Origin: Cirrosporium novae-zelandiae
Lineage: Eukaryota
Direction: 5' to 3'
Assembly (NCBI GenBank): GCA_026023565.1
Contig: JAPETS010000062.1
Location: 1-64,000, forward strand
Length of the DNA: 64,000 nt
Shown piece after piece: positions 38,373 through 51,093 of this stretch (positions are counted from its first letter, which is position 1; each line of letters starts with the position of its first letter). Made by a program: the position numbers and the translations under genes. The notes under the pieces are model-generated. The model had not been told where the DNA came from. It saw only the letters and a list, made by a program, of their open reading frames with translations, and searched no databases.

Positions 38373-41300
38373 ATGAGTTTCGGCTACGGCGTTGGTGATA
38401 TTATCGCTACTACTAAGCTAGCAAAGGAGCTTTACGAGAGGTTTGCTGACGCTCCGGATGAATTTAAAGCGATACGTAATGAGTGTGTATTCCAGATGAA
38501 GATCGTTATTCTTATACTGACTATTAGATGAACAGGATTAACAGTCTATGGATAATTCTCGAAAATGCTGTCGAGGCCAGGTCACGACAGGCCTTGACAG
38601 ATCAACAAAAGGAGAAATTACACACCATTACTATTGGATGCTGTAGCGTCCTCACCGACCTATATAAAAAGCTTAACGGGTTACGAAACATACAAGATCC
38701 AAAGACTCTCAGCGACAAGTCTCAGGCAGTCTGGAAAAGGCTCAAATGGGATTCAAAGGGTGTAAAGGACCTCCGTTCACGTATCATCTCCAATATCACC
38801 CTCTTGAGTGCTTTCAATGGAAGCCTTATTAGGTAAGTCCGCGGCTTAATCGATAATACCATCGTCCTGACATTCGCTAGCGAAATATCCCAGGAAACAA
38901 AAGATGGTGTGGATCGATTAAACAAGTGTGAAGACAATCAACAATATCGTACGATAACAAACTGGTTATCTCCCACCGATTTCTCTGTACAACAGAACGA
39001 TATCCTTACTAGGCGACAACAAGGAACCGGAGAATGGCTACTTAATTCGGACGAATATCGAACTTGGCTTGATGGAAAAGAACAGACCCTGTTCTGCCCA
39101 GGAATCCCAGGAGCTGGCAAAACCATGATTTCGTCGATCGTCATTAACGACCTACACGAACGTTTTCGAGATGATGTTGATATCGGCATCATGTATCTAT
39201 ACTTTAGTTACAAGGAATACGATGGTCAAAGTCTCTTGGATCTTTTGGCTAATCTCCTAAAACAGTTGGTTCAGCGACAACCTATCTTACCAGCTGAAGT
39301 GACACAACTTTATCAACATCACAACGACAAGAAAACTCACAAATCTACCAATGAAATATTAACCCTGCTTCGGTCTATTGCAAAGACTTATTCTAGGATT
39401 TTTATCGTTATTGATGCTTTGGATGAATGCGAAAACACTCATAGGGGGACCAGGGAACAACTGTCGTCTGACATTTCCACTCTTCAGACTCAAGCAAACG
39501 TACAGCTTTTTGCGACTTCACGGTTTATACCTGAGATTGTGAATAGATTCAAGGAATCTATGTCATTAGAGATTCGCGCTAGTGAGGAAGATGTTCGAAA
39601 ATATCTTGACGGCCAAATGTCACGATTCAGACCATTCGTCTCCAGAGACCCTGATCTACAAAATATGATAAAAACGAAAATTGTCAAAGCTGTTGATGGG
39701 ATGTACGTCACCTCCAATTCTTTAATACAGATCAAAATTGTTAATATTTAATTATAGGTTCCTCCTTGCACAACTTCACTTAAACTCTTTAACGAGTAGT
39801 ATAACGCGCAAAGTTATTAAAACTGGATTGGAAAAACTACCAAAAGGGTCGGAAGCATTAGGATCTGCTTATGACCACGTAATGGAAAGAATTGAGAAGC
39901 AAGAGTCATGCATTAAAGAGTTTGCCATACGGATTTTGTCCTGGATTGTTTGTGCACAGAGGCCATTGACTGTATCTGAACTCCAATATGCCTTGGCTAT
40001 AGAGATCGGAGAATCCAAATTAGACAAAGACAATATTCCTGAAGTTGAGGATATGATTTCCGCGTGTGCCGGCCTAGTAACTGTCGACCAGGAAAGTGAT
40101 GTTATCCGCCTTGTCCATTATACCACTCAGGAGTATTTCGAACGGACACGAAAATCCTGGATTTCCCATCCCCAGACAGACATTGCAAGGACTTGTCTTA
40201 CCTACCTGTTATTTGAAGCCTTTTTAAGTGATCCCTATATATCCAAGGAAGAGCTTATATATAGCCTAGAGAGCAATATTTTCTTAGAATATGCTGCTAT
40301 GTATTGGGGATATCATATCCGTGGACCCCTTGATGATTCTATGGAGCAGTTGGCTCTATCGTTTTTGAAAGATGACTCTAAAGTATCCTGCTGCTACCAA
40401 ATTGTGTATCATAAAATGGATTTAGAGTTGAGGGATTTTAAAGGGTCTGAGGACGGGACAGCAGCACATCTCATCGCGATCCTTGAACTTGAGCAAGTCA
40501 TGTCAATCTTAATAAAACATGGTTTTCGTTTAGACCTTGAGAGTCGCAATGGTCAGACACCCCTTATGTGCGCTGCTAGGCTCGGACATGAGGTGATAGT
40601 GAAATTGCTGCTTGAACATAACGCCGATCCGAATTCCAAAAATAATCTCGGTACGACACCATTGTTATATGCAGCAAAGAATGGGCATGAAACGATAGTG
40701 AAATTGCTGCTTGAATATAACGCCGATCCGAATTCCAAAGATATTGACGGTGGAACACCATTGTTATATGCAGCAAAAAATAGATATAAAACTATAATGA
40801 AATTGCTGCTTGAATATAACGCCGATCCGAATTCCAAAGATGATTTCGGTACGACACCATTGTTATATGCAGCAAAGAATGGATATAAAACGATAGTGAA
40901 ATTGCTGTTTGAATATAAAGCCGATCCTAATTTTCTAGATATTGACGGTGGAACACCATTGTCATATGCAGCAGGGGGTGGGTATAAAACGATAATAAAA
41001 TTGCTGCTTGAATATAACGCCGATCCGAATTCCAAAGATAATTTCAGTACGACACCATTGTTATATGCAGCAGAGAATAGGTATGAAACGATAGTGAAAT
41101 TGCTGCTTGAATATAACGCCGATCCGAATTCCAAAAATAATTTCAGTACGACACCATTGTTATATGCAGCAGAGAATAGGTATGAAACGATAGTGAAATT
41201 GCTGCTTGAATACAACGCTGATCCCAACTTTATAAACGATGGAGACACACCATTATTATCTGCAATAGAACGCGGGCACAAGGAAGTGGCAGACCTACTG

Positions 41301-41396
41301 ATGGCAGCAGGGGGGAAAATTCCAGATGAGCTTGACACCACAGACGCGGAAGATGACATGGAATGGGAGAAGTCAGAGGTTAATCCCTCTCATTAG
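38373..41396 (+). CDS. NLR/STAND protein: SesA/HeLo-like N-terminal domain + NACHT + ankyrin repeats
   Basis: MSFGYGVGDIIA...APDEFKAI N-terminus, Walker A GIPGAGKT, Walker B IVIDALDEC, VDGM|FLLAQLH, RLVHYTTQEYF, about 8 TPL..AA ankyrin units; three introns. Confidence 0.92.
40551..41300 (+). repeat. Tandem 99-bp ankyrin repeat array with high nucleotide identity
   Basis: Recurrent GAAATTGCTGCTTGAATATAACGCCGATCCGAATTCCAAA core at 99-nt spacing. Confidence 0.93.
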
Positions 41397-42398
41397 TTCA
41401 GATATCATAAGTCACGATTATATACATCTAGGAGTTGGGCTTTATCAACCAAGGCATCTTTATTATCAACGTATGGGAATTATATGGTGTGTCTGACATG
41501 GGTATATGGATATATGTACGAGCCAGTTCCGCATGATTTTTGTTGTTCGTTACAGTTCAAGTCTACGGGTCTGGAGGTCTGTGGTAGTGGATTTATCCTT
41601 TGTAGTGTTTCGTTTCGGCACCTATTGTATCTGATCTTATCTTAATTACTAGTATGAGCATGAGCATGAGCATGAGCGTCAACATTAACATCGGCTTCCT
41701 ACTAGGGGCGCTACAGACCTACCTACCATTTCTCAGGTCCCAACTCCCAACACCCTACAAAGTACAAATCCCCCCTCTTATTTCTCTATCCTAAACAAAC
41801 TCTACCCCACTCTACCCTACTCCACCACCCACCCTCCCATGCTTATTTCCCAGCTCATCATTTACCATAAATTAACAAAAGGAAGAAAAGAACTTGAGCT
41901 TTTAGGTTTGAGAAAACGTGGATGGAATAAGAGGAGTTGGAGAATGGTGGAGAAGATGTACTATAAATAGATATGGATGGGGGGTTAATTAAGGATGTTG
42001 GGTTGGGTTAGCTAGTATGGTGGGATAGATATATTGAGGGGATGTTGGGATGGTTGCATCTTAGTGGGCATTGGTAATGATGGTGGGGAACGACAGAAAG
42101 AAACGAATGGTTAATCTAAACTAAGAGATCTAATCTAATCTAATCTACTCACTTTAATTCCACTCCGTCATTCGCGTGCCCCGCCCTAGTGATCCAGTTC
42201 AATCTAATCTAATCACTTAGGCCCCACCCCTTATCGTCGAGAACTCCAAGTCTCGGAAGTAATGGTCTATTTCCCACCGCAAATACAGTCTGAGTTATGA
42301 GAGCGTGTACAATTTACGAGGGTTCGTTTATGCAACCGTAACGGCTGGCCTCTTGGTATTCTTGGTGGAAACGTTAGGTGAGTTACATCTATAAAGCT

Positions 42399-42440
42399 CA
42401 GTCTGGTCGGTCTATTTGGGCTGGTCTATTCAAAACACTG
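42399..42440 (-). mobile_element. Solo terminal repeat related to the 23151-23246 element
   Basis: Reverse complement CAGTGTTTTGAATAGACCAGCCCAAATAGAC shares GAATAGACCAG[A/C]CCAAATAGAC and the CAG terminus with the 23151 arm. Confidence 0.5.
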
Positions 42441-42615
42441 CTGGAGTCTAGTTCTAGTATTCAGCTAATTGGATACTATCAACGATCTACCCAATATATC
42501 TTAAAAGATAAAACCAAATAAGTGAGTGAAATCAAATCTTGACATCCTAAACAAAATTGATGCCGAGTAGCTCTCAGCGTCGAGAATCTCTCGAACGACG
42601 TAATGAGCTTCCTCA

Positions 42616-43206
42616 TTATTTCGAGGAGGAAGAGCTGTCAATAATTATAGGCGCACTAGTACCATGCTCAATACGAGGCTCAACCAAAAGTGCCTTCTGT
42701 ACAGCCTCATGCTCGATAGTATCTTTAGGGCAATTAAAATTAGGAACTGAGTCGCATAAGATTATTTCAGACTTACCAATAGTTTTCTCTAGCGCGATGA
42801 CGGAGCCGTCGTGGAGAGCCACGATAGCATCTTTAACCCAGGTTCTGCAATTGAAATCTTCTCCAGTCCTAGCTGACTGGCGACCATCTGCTGGGAGACT
42901 GTATAGGATCTCGTCTATGCGGGCGAGCTGCGAAGAAGGTACTTGCGCTACCTTGCACATAACTGCTAGACTTGTAGATGTCAAGATTTTTGTTGTATTT
43001 TTGACCTCCATCGTCCATCCACCTACTCGATTAGTAGCATGGTAGAATTTACCCATGGGTGCTGCAAGAGGCACGAATATTCCCCAGTGCTTCCATATGT
43101 TAGCGCGAAGCTTAACAGCATAGCCTCAGAGTCAACTTACGTAGCTTCCTGGGATACCTCTCACGTTAAGTGTAAGATAGATAGCGTTATTTTCGAGGCT
43201 CGACAT
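42616..43206 (-). CDS. Small protein with HWG...HA...NC motifs (permuted papain-like, LRAT/PPPDE-like), 3 exons
   Basis: MSSLENNAIYLTLNVRGIPGSY|HWGIFVP...FYHATN...FNCRTWVKDAI...KTI|DTIEHEA; GTAAGT donors near 43140 and 42776. Confidence 0.75.
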
Positions 43207-44410
43207 AATGGCCTAGTGCCGTTATAAATGCAACTGAAATCGGAGAAAGTGATAAAAAAAGATAAGTAACGTTTGATAAAACAGAAGAAACGTTTTGTTC
43301 TTCAACAAATAGGAAAATGGCTCTTTGTTGGAGGAGAAGATTCGTAGAGAGCCAGCCCTTTTATATTTAAGCATAACCCAGTGTTATATATTCCAACACC
43401 ATAGTTGCCTAACCAGAATATAGCAAGGTTACACAAGAGGGAACAGTTGGGAAAGGGAGGCAGGAATTAGCGATACATGCATAATAAAACTGTGAACAGA
43501 AGAGGGGATCATCAATGAGTCAATCATCACATTCCATACAAGACGGGCCAAAAGATTTATCGCCAAGAAATCATCTTCGAACATTGGTAGCCATTCATCA
43601 ACGCAGTAACAGCCTTGCAAGACTTATCGAAGGAATGATGTCTCAATTTGCCACCGAGAGCCCACGAACAGAGGCCAATCAAACATATATCTATCCATAA
43701 CCAGTTGCTGCCTTTCAGACTCCAGGGATATCTTTAATGAATTTTTTATTAAAAACTGGTTTTTAGTTCTGATTGCTTTTATTTTGAGCCGTCGAAAGTA
43801 ATAATGAAGCCTTTATTAATGGTTGGAGCGAGGTGTAACGTGGCAATTGTAGAATAATATCATGCGTGACTGCTGGGCTCATGGGAGGTTATTCAGTAAA
43901 ATCTTGCTTGTTTTTCTATATAAGCTATTCTATGAGGGTTTTATCCATGTCGCGATTAAGGTTTAAGTGTCTAAGCGCTTTTACTACCGCAATTCTAACC
44001 GATCTTTACCGCTCTTAACCGTAATATTAACCGTGACAGTGACACTGCCTACATAACGGTGGTTACACAGGCCATTTTCATAGATTGATTCTACATCCTG
44101 ACACAAAATAAGAATATGTATGCTGCAACACTTAAGGCCAGCAATAACAAATTTTTCCTCCGGGGGTGTAGTGACGCCACAAAAAAATAATCGTGTCATG
44201 TTCGAATTACTGTAACAATATGAGTAGGTATGAACGCCTACTGCATCGAGGACTTTCGTCAAGAATGAGAGGACTTTCTATTCGGCCGAGAGCGACCTTT
44301 TAACATCATTCTTCTCTGGCTCTCTACCACTCTACCTCTACCTCTCAACCTCGTTACCTCGTTACCTCGCTACTTGGCCTTTCAAAGCCTTTCATAGGAT
44401 AGATTCTAAT

Positions 44411-46187
44411 ATGGAAACCGACATAGCCTCTGCTAACTGTATTATTTCTGATTCGAAACTTGTACATCCAGATCTACCTCTTGTACAAACATTCCTCAGC
44501 GAAGCTGCAGATTGCCACCAAGCTGCAAAATATCTGTTGCGGAGATGTGCCGGTGATACGGACGGTACTGAGTTCGCTCGATTTGTTGCGGATTGGAAAG
44601 CTTTGATCAAAATGTGTAAGCCATCTTAGTTCGAGCAGGAATTACAAAATAGCTGAAATAGAGAAAGTCCTCACTAAACACCTTAATTCGAACTACCTGG
44701 ATAGAGCGACAAAGAGGGCTATCGCACAGCGGGATGATTACAAGTGCTGCATAACTGGAACAAGGGCTCGATTTTGGAACGCCTGGGACATCTTTCCAAT
44801 CCTTCCTCTCACTGCATTTCATATAAGAGAGGTACGGCGCGTTATGGATGCCGTACTAAAATGTGATGCTGACGCAAGATAGGGCCGTCTCTATGATATG
44901 CTCGGGGCCTTTATTGCTCCTTCTCAACGAGGTCTGTTACTTTCTTGCACCGAAACAAATTCGGCAAATTCAGTTCAAAACCACTGGCTCTTGAGCAAGG
45001 AAGCCGCAGATGCTTTTTCGAAAGCAGAAATTAAACTTAAGCGATTGGATGGACATCTGGTATATAGATCTTGTCTCAATTCTTGCTTTTATGCCTAGAG
45101 TCTCTAATCGCTAATTGGAAATTAGTATGACGTCGATTATACGGATGTAGGTGGCAAACCAGCTATATTCACGAATGACCGATGGAACAGATGGCGATGC
45201 CGTCTAGCCAATCATTCACACTCGAAGATCGGCACTCCCAACCCGGAGCTTCTTGAAATCCACTGTCGGTTCTCCAAAGCCCTCAGATGGACCAAGGTTG
45301 CTGCTGATATGAAGAAATATCCACATCCAGGTCACACTCAGACGGGGAAGAGCCGGTCCCGTTTCGAACCATTAATCAATGGCTTACTTGCTATGTGGTT
45401 GACATTTCCGGACAAAATTCGACTACTGGCATACAAAACCTTGAAAGCTGCTGGGCTCTACCTCTATGAGCCAACTACAATGGGAGTTCAAAGACTTCCA
45501 TTTGGGATGTACCTCAAACATGGACCAGTATTTAATTTTGAAGGACACGCTGCAGAGTTTGGTGCTCTAAAGCTTGTTCGTAGCTATACTTCAATCCCAG
45601 TTCCTCGACCAATCGATCTTATTTCAACTTCTGAATCCTCATTCTTGGTTACTTCACGAATACAGGGAGACCCTGCCGGTCTCTGCATAGACGAATACAG
45701 TGATTATGACCTAGGTCTGATAGCTAAGGACTTGCGGAAATATATTGCAGAATTACGCGCGATAAAAAAGACAATTGATCCAAAACATGCTATCTCCAAC
45801 GCAATAGGGGAGGGCTGTTTGGACTACCGCATCAACGATGTATCAGTGGGACCCTTTCTAAGCGAGAAACAGTTTAGCAAGTTCTTGAGTCTTGGATTAG
45901 CTCCCGACTTTATACATTTGGTACATGGCGACGGCCACGAAATCGTCTTCACACACGCAGATTTGAACATGAGGAATATCCTGGTAAGAAATGGTAGGAT
46001 ATCTGGGATAGTTGACTGGGAGAATTCGGGCTGGTATCCAGAATATTGGGAGTATACCAAGTGCCATTTTGGTGTTAGGAGAGACAAACGGTGGTTAAAA
46101 ATGGTGGTGGAACCGGTGTTCGAAGGCAAGTATAGGGAAGAATTAAGGATCGAGAGACAGCTCTGGGATTTTGATGGCCCTTTCTGA
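44411..46187 (+). CDS. Degenerate HNH-nuclease-like domain fused to APH/choline-kinase-like phosphotransferase, 4 exons
   Basis: RDDYKCCITG...QNHWLLSKEAADAF...PNPELLEIH (fungal HNH_2-like scaffold) splices in frame to IPVPRP, FTHADLNMRNILV and GIVDWENSGWYPEYWEY. Confidence 0.82.
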
Positions 46188-46707
46188 TTGGAAATGGGTG
46201 ATTCACCGTCTCTGATGATAGCTAGCTTGAATGTTTGCTACTTGGGTTACATTTCCTCCGCGAGGAGGGTTGGAGGATTGGATCTGGCTATTATATGATG
46301 ACGACGGTTTTTGTACGAGTAAAGGTTAGCATACGCACAACGAATCCTTAATAAGGAAGAGTACTGTATCACAAGCTACGCCCAATTAATGAATGAATTC
46401 TTTCCCGAGCCTCTTGGATCCATCCAATGACCCATAGTTCAGCTTTGTCCAGCAAGTTCCGGTAATTAAAGAAAACTCTCTGCATCTTCAAGCTAATCGG
46501 ATTACTTTTTTTGCTCCTGAACATAATTCTAATAAAAAAACATCAGAAATTTTTTGAAAGCCCCTTCCTGAACCAATCATTAATTTATTGTATAGTCTCC
46601 CTCCCTGCTAATTTTCAATAAAACGTCTTTTGTTACACAATAGGTCATACCTATCACACATCATACACCATACATCATATATCATCCCCCTTTCTCCTAA
46701 ACTAGCA

Positions 46708-47146
46708 TGAAAGAGTAAGGAGTTTGAGCGTTTATATGAGCAAGTTGAGAATAGAAACCAGGGCGGAACAGCTTGCTTGAGTTGAATCATCAATTTGTAA
46801 TTGTATTGTATGATGCCTTGGTCGCTTGCCCCATGCCTAAAAGATTTTAAGGAATTCTATATACGAGGCTTCTATATAGACTTATTATAAGGCTGTAAGA
46901 CTTGCAAGGTCCAGGCTACCGTAGCCTAAACCTTTTGGGCTAGCTTTGGGCTAGCCTGAGCCTTGCGGCTTTCTATCATTAGTCTATAACCTTCCTAGAA
47001 TTTCTAGAACCTAAGGGCAGCTCGGGAAAGGTAAAAGGCAACAAGGCAATACACAATACAATTCATGATTCCCCTCGAGCAAGCTGTTCCGCCCTAGTTT
47101 CTATCCCCAACTGCCCATATAAACACCCCACCTCATAACTCTTTCA
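46708..47146. mobile_element. About 440-bp foldback/MITE-like relic with ~110-120-bp degenerate terminal inverted repeats
   Basis: Left ...GTTTATATGAGCAAGTTGAGAATAGAAACCAGGGCGGAACAGCTTGCTTGAG; right reverse complement ...GTTTATATGGGCAGTTGGGGATAGAAACTAGGGCGGAACAGCTTGCTCGAG; TpA-rich interior with no coding capacity. Confidence 0.75.
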
Positions 47147-49100
47147 CAATATATATATATATATATGTGTATGTGTGGAAGGGGGGGCGGTTGTATAGTA
47201 CGTCTCTACCCTATCCAGTCTATTTCTATCGATGGGGCTACTTACTTACTTCATGCATCTATGAGAGCACGTCAGGCTACTTATCGCCGCGGCATCAATC
47301 CACATATCCTCCCTAAAAAAAAAAAAAACCATCCTATCCCATCCTATCGTAGTCCTTACCCACCTAAATAACCCCCCCCCCTCCCCTCAGCTCTTATCAA
47401 GAATCCCCTATTTCCTTATTTCTATTTCTGTGTTTTCTATGGTAAAGCAAACCCGTCTATCTTAGAAAGAAAGAAAGAAAGAATAAATAAATAAAAGAAA
47501 GAGACAAAATGAAGTGAAGTGAAGGGAAGGGAAGGGAAGAAACTTCCTTGGGTTATTCTAGGTTAGGTTAGGTTTAGGTTGGATTGGATAGAGTGAGTGA
47601 GTGAGTGAGTGAGTGAGCGAGTTTCTTATATATATTTGTTTTTTTGTTTATATGGGGAAGGAAGCCCCTTCTCTCGGGTTATACAGTACAGTTGAGAGTA
47701 TGTGTATAGTACAGGTACGCGTAAAATCCTTCTGATTTTAATTTTGATTTTTGGGATTAAGAATTAAAAATTAACACATCCGTTGTTGCTTGTTATTATT
47801 CTTCCACTATATATATATGCACATATGTATATACCTCCACCCTACCCCTACCATATCTATCCATCCATATCCATGGTCCACCTACCTACCTACCTACTTC
47901 ATATCTTCATGTATATATATATATAAGTTGTTTGATAGTGTTGCCCCCCCCCCCTATAATAATGACCCACAAATTTGTATAATTATTAGAACTCTTAGAA
48001 CCACTATTGTAGAATGAACATTATATCATTCATGTCTTCTGCGGCATAAGTGAGTATGTTGGGGTATATATGTAGGGTAGGTACGTAGGTATGTATGCAG
48101 GTATCCCAACCCAACCCCCCATCCTCGTTCGTTCGTACGTATTATTTCTCTGATCTATGACTTGGAGAGGAGGGATGGGATGGATGGATTCGTGAGACGC
48201 TGAGCCTAGGAGAAGAAAGACAGTGCGCAAAATCCATGCATGCCTTCTAGATTCATGACATGACATACAGATTCAATATCAGTCGTATAATCTTCCAATG
48301 TTTGGTTTGGTTTAGTTTGATTTTCTAGTGAGGGGGGGATATATAAGGAATCATTATTATTATAACCATCAATAAATAAATAATATTAGAATAAAATATA
48401 GTACGTTTGTTCTTTATTTCTTCTTATATCTATACAGTAGCCTTCATTTGTTTAGTTTAGTTTAGTTCCATAAATAGATGGGGAGTTAGTTGGTTTTGGG
48501 TTGGTTCGAATAACCATTACATTTATCAAAATCTTCTTTTTAAAAGTTAAAACTTCAGTTGGCAATACCCTAGTGAGTGAGTGAGTGAGTGGGTGATGGA
48601 TGATGGATCTGGCGAACTGGTGGTAGATGTAGATGTAGATGTAGATGGGGTGGAGGAGGAGGAGGAGGGCGTTCGATGTACAGTACGTTTAAACGTTAAC
48701 GGTAGCTTGATCCTTGAGTTTAATGGCAAGTAAGCCTACAAGTAATTACTAGAAGATGGGATTTGTTCTGTGTGGTGTGTGGGAACAAGATCTTGGTTGG
48801 GTAAGGAAGTGTCCAGGCCTATATAGTACTTCTTATATATATATTTTTCCTTTTTTTTTTGTCGTTTGATTTATTTTCAGGGAAGACTATTTTCTTGTGA
48901 CTATCCCATTTGTCTATCTGTCCATCTGTTCATTCATCTATACATACATATATACTAGTAGCGCATTACCGATAAATACCGAGAGCTTAGAGACTCTAGG
49001 GACTCGAATGTCTGTGGATAAGTTCATCGTTGGGGATTACTCGCGCGTGGATGTTTCATCGTTTGCGAGTAGCTGGCTATAAAGCCAGATGGGATAGATC
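47147..49100. repeat. Low-complexity SSR-rich tract
   Basis: (TA)n, (GAAA)n, (GAGT)n, (GTAGAT)n, (CTAC)n and homopolymers. Confidence 0.8.
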
Positions 49101-49657
49101 GCCATGGATATGGATATTGGACCAAGGAAACCGACCCGATAGCTTATAGACGCATTGTGCCAGAAATCCTAGTTAAAAGATCGGCTGGATAGCATGTATG
49201 ACGTTATGCGAGGACCACAGTTCGCTCACTTCACTTCCTTAGCAGCTGATCTATTCCTTGAAGAGAGGGGGAGACGAGATTCGCATTGCGTTGAACGAGG
49301 GGGTGAGTAAATATTTGAGGATGTTGAGTCCCCAGTTTGGCTTTTTATTCTGTCGGCCACAAGTAGTCGTCGTTTTGGGGAGTTTGGGCGGGAATATATC
49401 GGTATCGTAGTGTCTGAAGTCGTGAAAGCGACAGTAGATGAAATGAGCTTGGTAGTGAGGTTCTCGAATGGCCTGGCCCGGCTCTGGTGGGTTGTGTGAG
49501 GTTCTTTGTTGCTTCACTGTTTTATCGGTGCTGTGATGGGCCCAAGCAGTGATGTTGGTCATGTATTGTACGTTTGTCAAAAATACTGACAAGAAAAAAA
49601 ATATCTTGAGGGCTGGATCATGAATATAGCCTAGGTAGTAAGATGGAAATTCGAAAT

Positions 49658-51093
49658 TCAAAATATATCTTTATCCGTCTCACTATGCCCACCTACACTA
49701 GAGGCATTTGTGCTCCCCTTGTCGGATGCGATACCCTTATCGAACGTCACAGCCATGGTAGTCGTTTTTGTAATTCCTATGCTATCCAACATAATCTCCT
49801 CTTGGCTATCGGTGGGACTAATAACCCGTCTGCTAATCGTTGTATTTGTCTTCCCGCGATTGGCGCTTTTGCTATGATTGGTTGAAAAATCATTAATGTA
49901 GGTTCCCGAGCGGAGGTTCGAGGTGCTATACGGTTGGGAGCCGGTCCGAGAGAAAATTCGGGGGAAGACGCGTTGGATTGGATCTTTGAGGGTGGGCATG
50001 CAGGCGCAGATTATTCCTGCGCTTACTTCTACGTAGGCGAGAGCGAGGGAGAGGCCCTGGTAGTCTAAAAGGAGGATTTGTAAGAATTCTAGACAATGGA
50101 TACGTAAATGAGCATGAACTTACACTGTTGATCTGGAGAGTGTGTTGCCGGTGTAAGAAGAATGATGCGTATAGTAGTGATAATGATGACACTTGGATGA
50201 AGATTAGCACTTTCATCTCAAGGAATCAAGAGGCAATGACATACAAGATCCCAACGCCCATGACACCCATCAACCCAAACTTCTGCTTCTTGGGGAGGTT
50301 TAAGCCGTAGATTTGATGAAGAGGAAGAATCATAATGATAGCATCGGTAATGAGAGCCAATGATGATGCGGCATACCAATTTGCATTAACATTGATGCAA
50401 TAACCAGGAGTGTCCTTAGCCCAGGCCTTTTCGATAGGAGTGCATTGGAATATGGTGGCCATGATGGTACCAAAGCCATAGCCAACGACGATAAACATAA
50501 CTACCCATACTAGAATAAGGAAAGTCCTGTCGGTTCTGAAAATGCGACGATAAAGAAATAGTATAGAGGCTTTTGTAGCGCATGTTGCCGATTTATAGAG
50601 CATCTGAGCAGCGTAGAAATACTAGATCATTAATGTTAGGGAAGAGATATTGATACCATATTCATACATATCTGCTAACCTTAAACCCAGTCACTACATG
50701 CTGTTCGTTGAGTGTACTCTTGTGCATTCCAAAGCCGTTCTGAACAGCTAGAGAGTTGTCAGGAGACGATAAATTCATTCCATGAAGATAATCTGTAGCA
50801 ACTTACCCATGCCATCAATGAATGCCAAAGCAATTGCCATAACCTATTAATCTCTCATCAGTGTTCATAGTCTCCCATATAACTCACAACGTAACGAGTC
50901 TTACCAATGCAAATAAAATAGTCCAGTCATCAGGTCCAGCAGGTCGGTGAATAGTAAAACGAGTGATTAAACGAGCGACAGCTAAAAAAGTAGAAATGAT
51001 TGAAAAGATAATGACTGTAATAACCAAGGCGGTCCCACGAGGGTTTGGAGAACCGTCATCGACGGCATCTCGTCTGCTAATCATGGGAACCAT
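49658..51093 (-). CDS. PTH11-like (rhodopsin-domain) integral membrane receptor without CFEM domain, multi-exon
   Basis: ARLITRF...GPDDWTIL, KASILFLYRRIF, IFQCTPIEKAW...GYC, TDAIIMILPL...L.LPKKQK, EVSAGIICACMPTL, then a Ser/Thr-rich cytosolic tail. Confidence 0.9.

Noticed and set aside
40551..41300. Regularly spaced repeats that superficially resemble a CRISPR array
   Set aside because: In-frame coding ankyrin repeats in a eukaryotic gene; no unique spacers or cas genes.
40553..41359. 268-aa antisense ORF over the ankyrin array
   Set aside because: Shadow of the repeated sense frame; one stop-free unit propagates through the array.
43700..44110. AT-rich, TA-enriched stretch suggestive of a RIP-mutated transposon fragment
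   Set aside because: No paired termini, TSD or transposase similarity visible.
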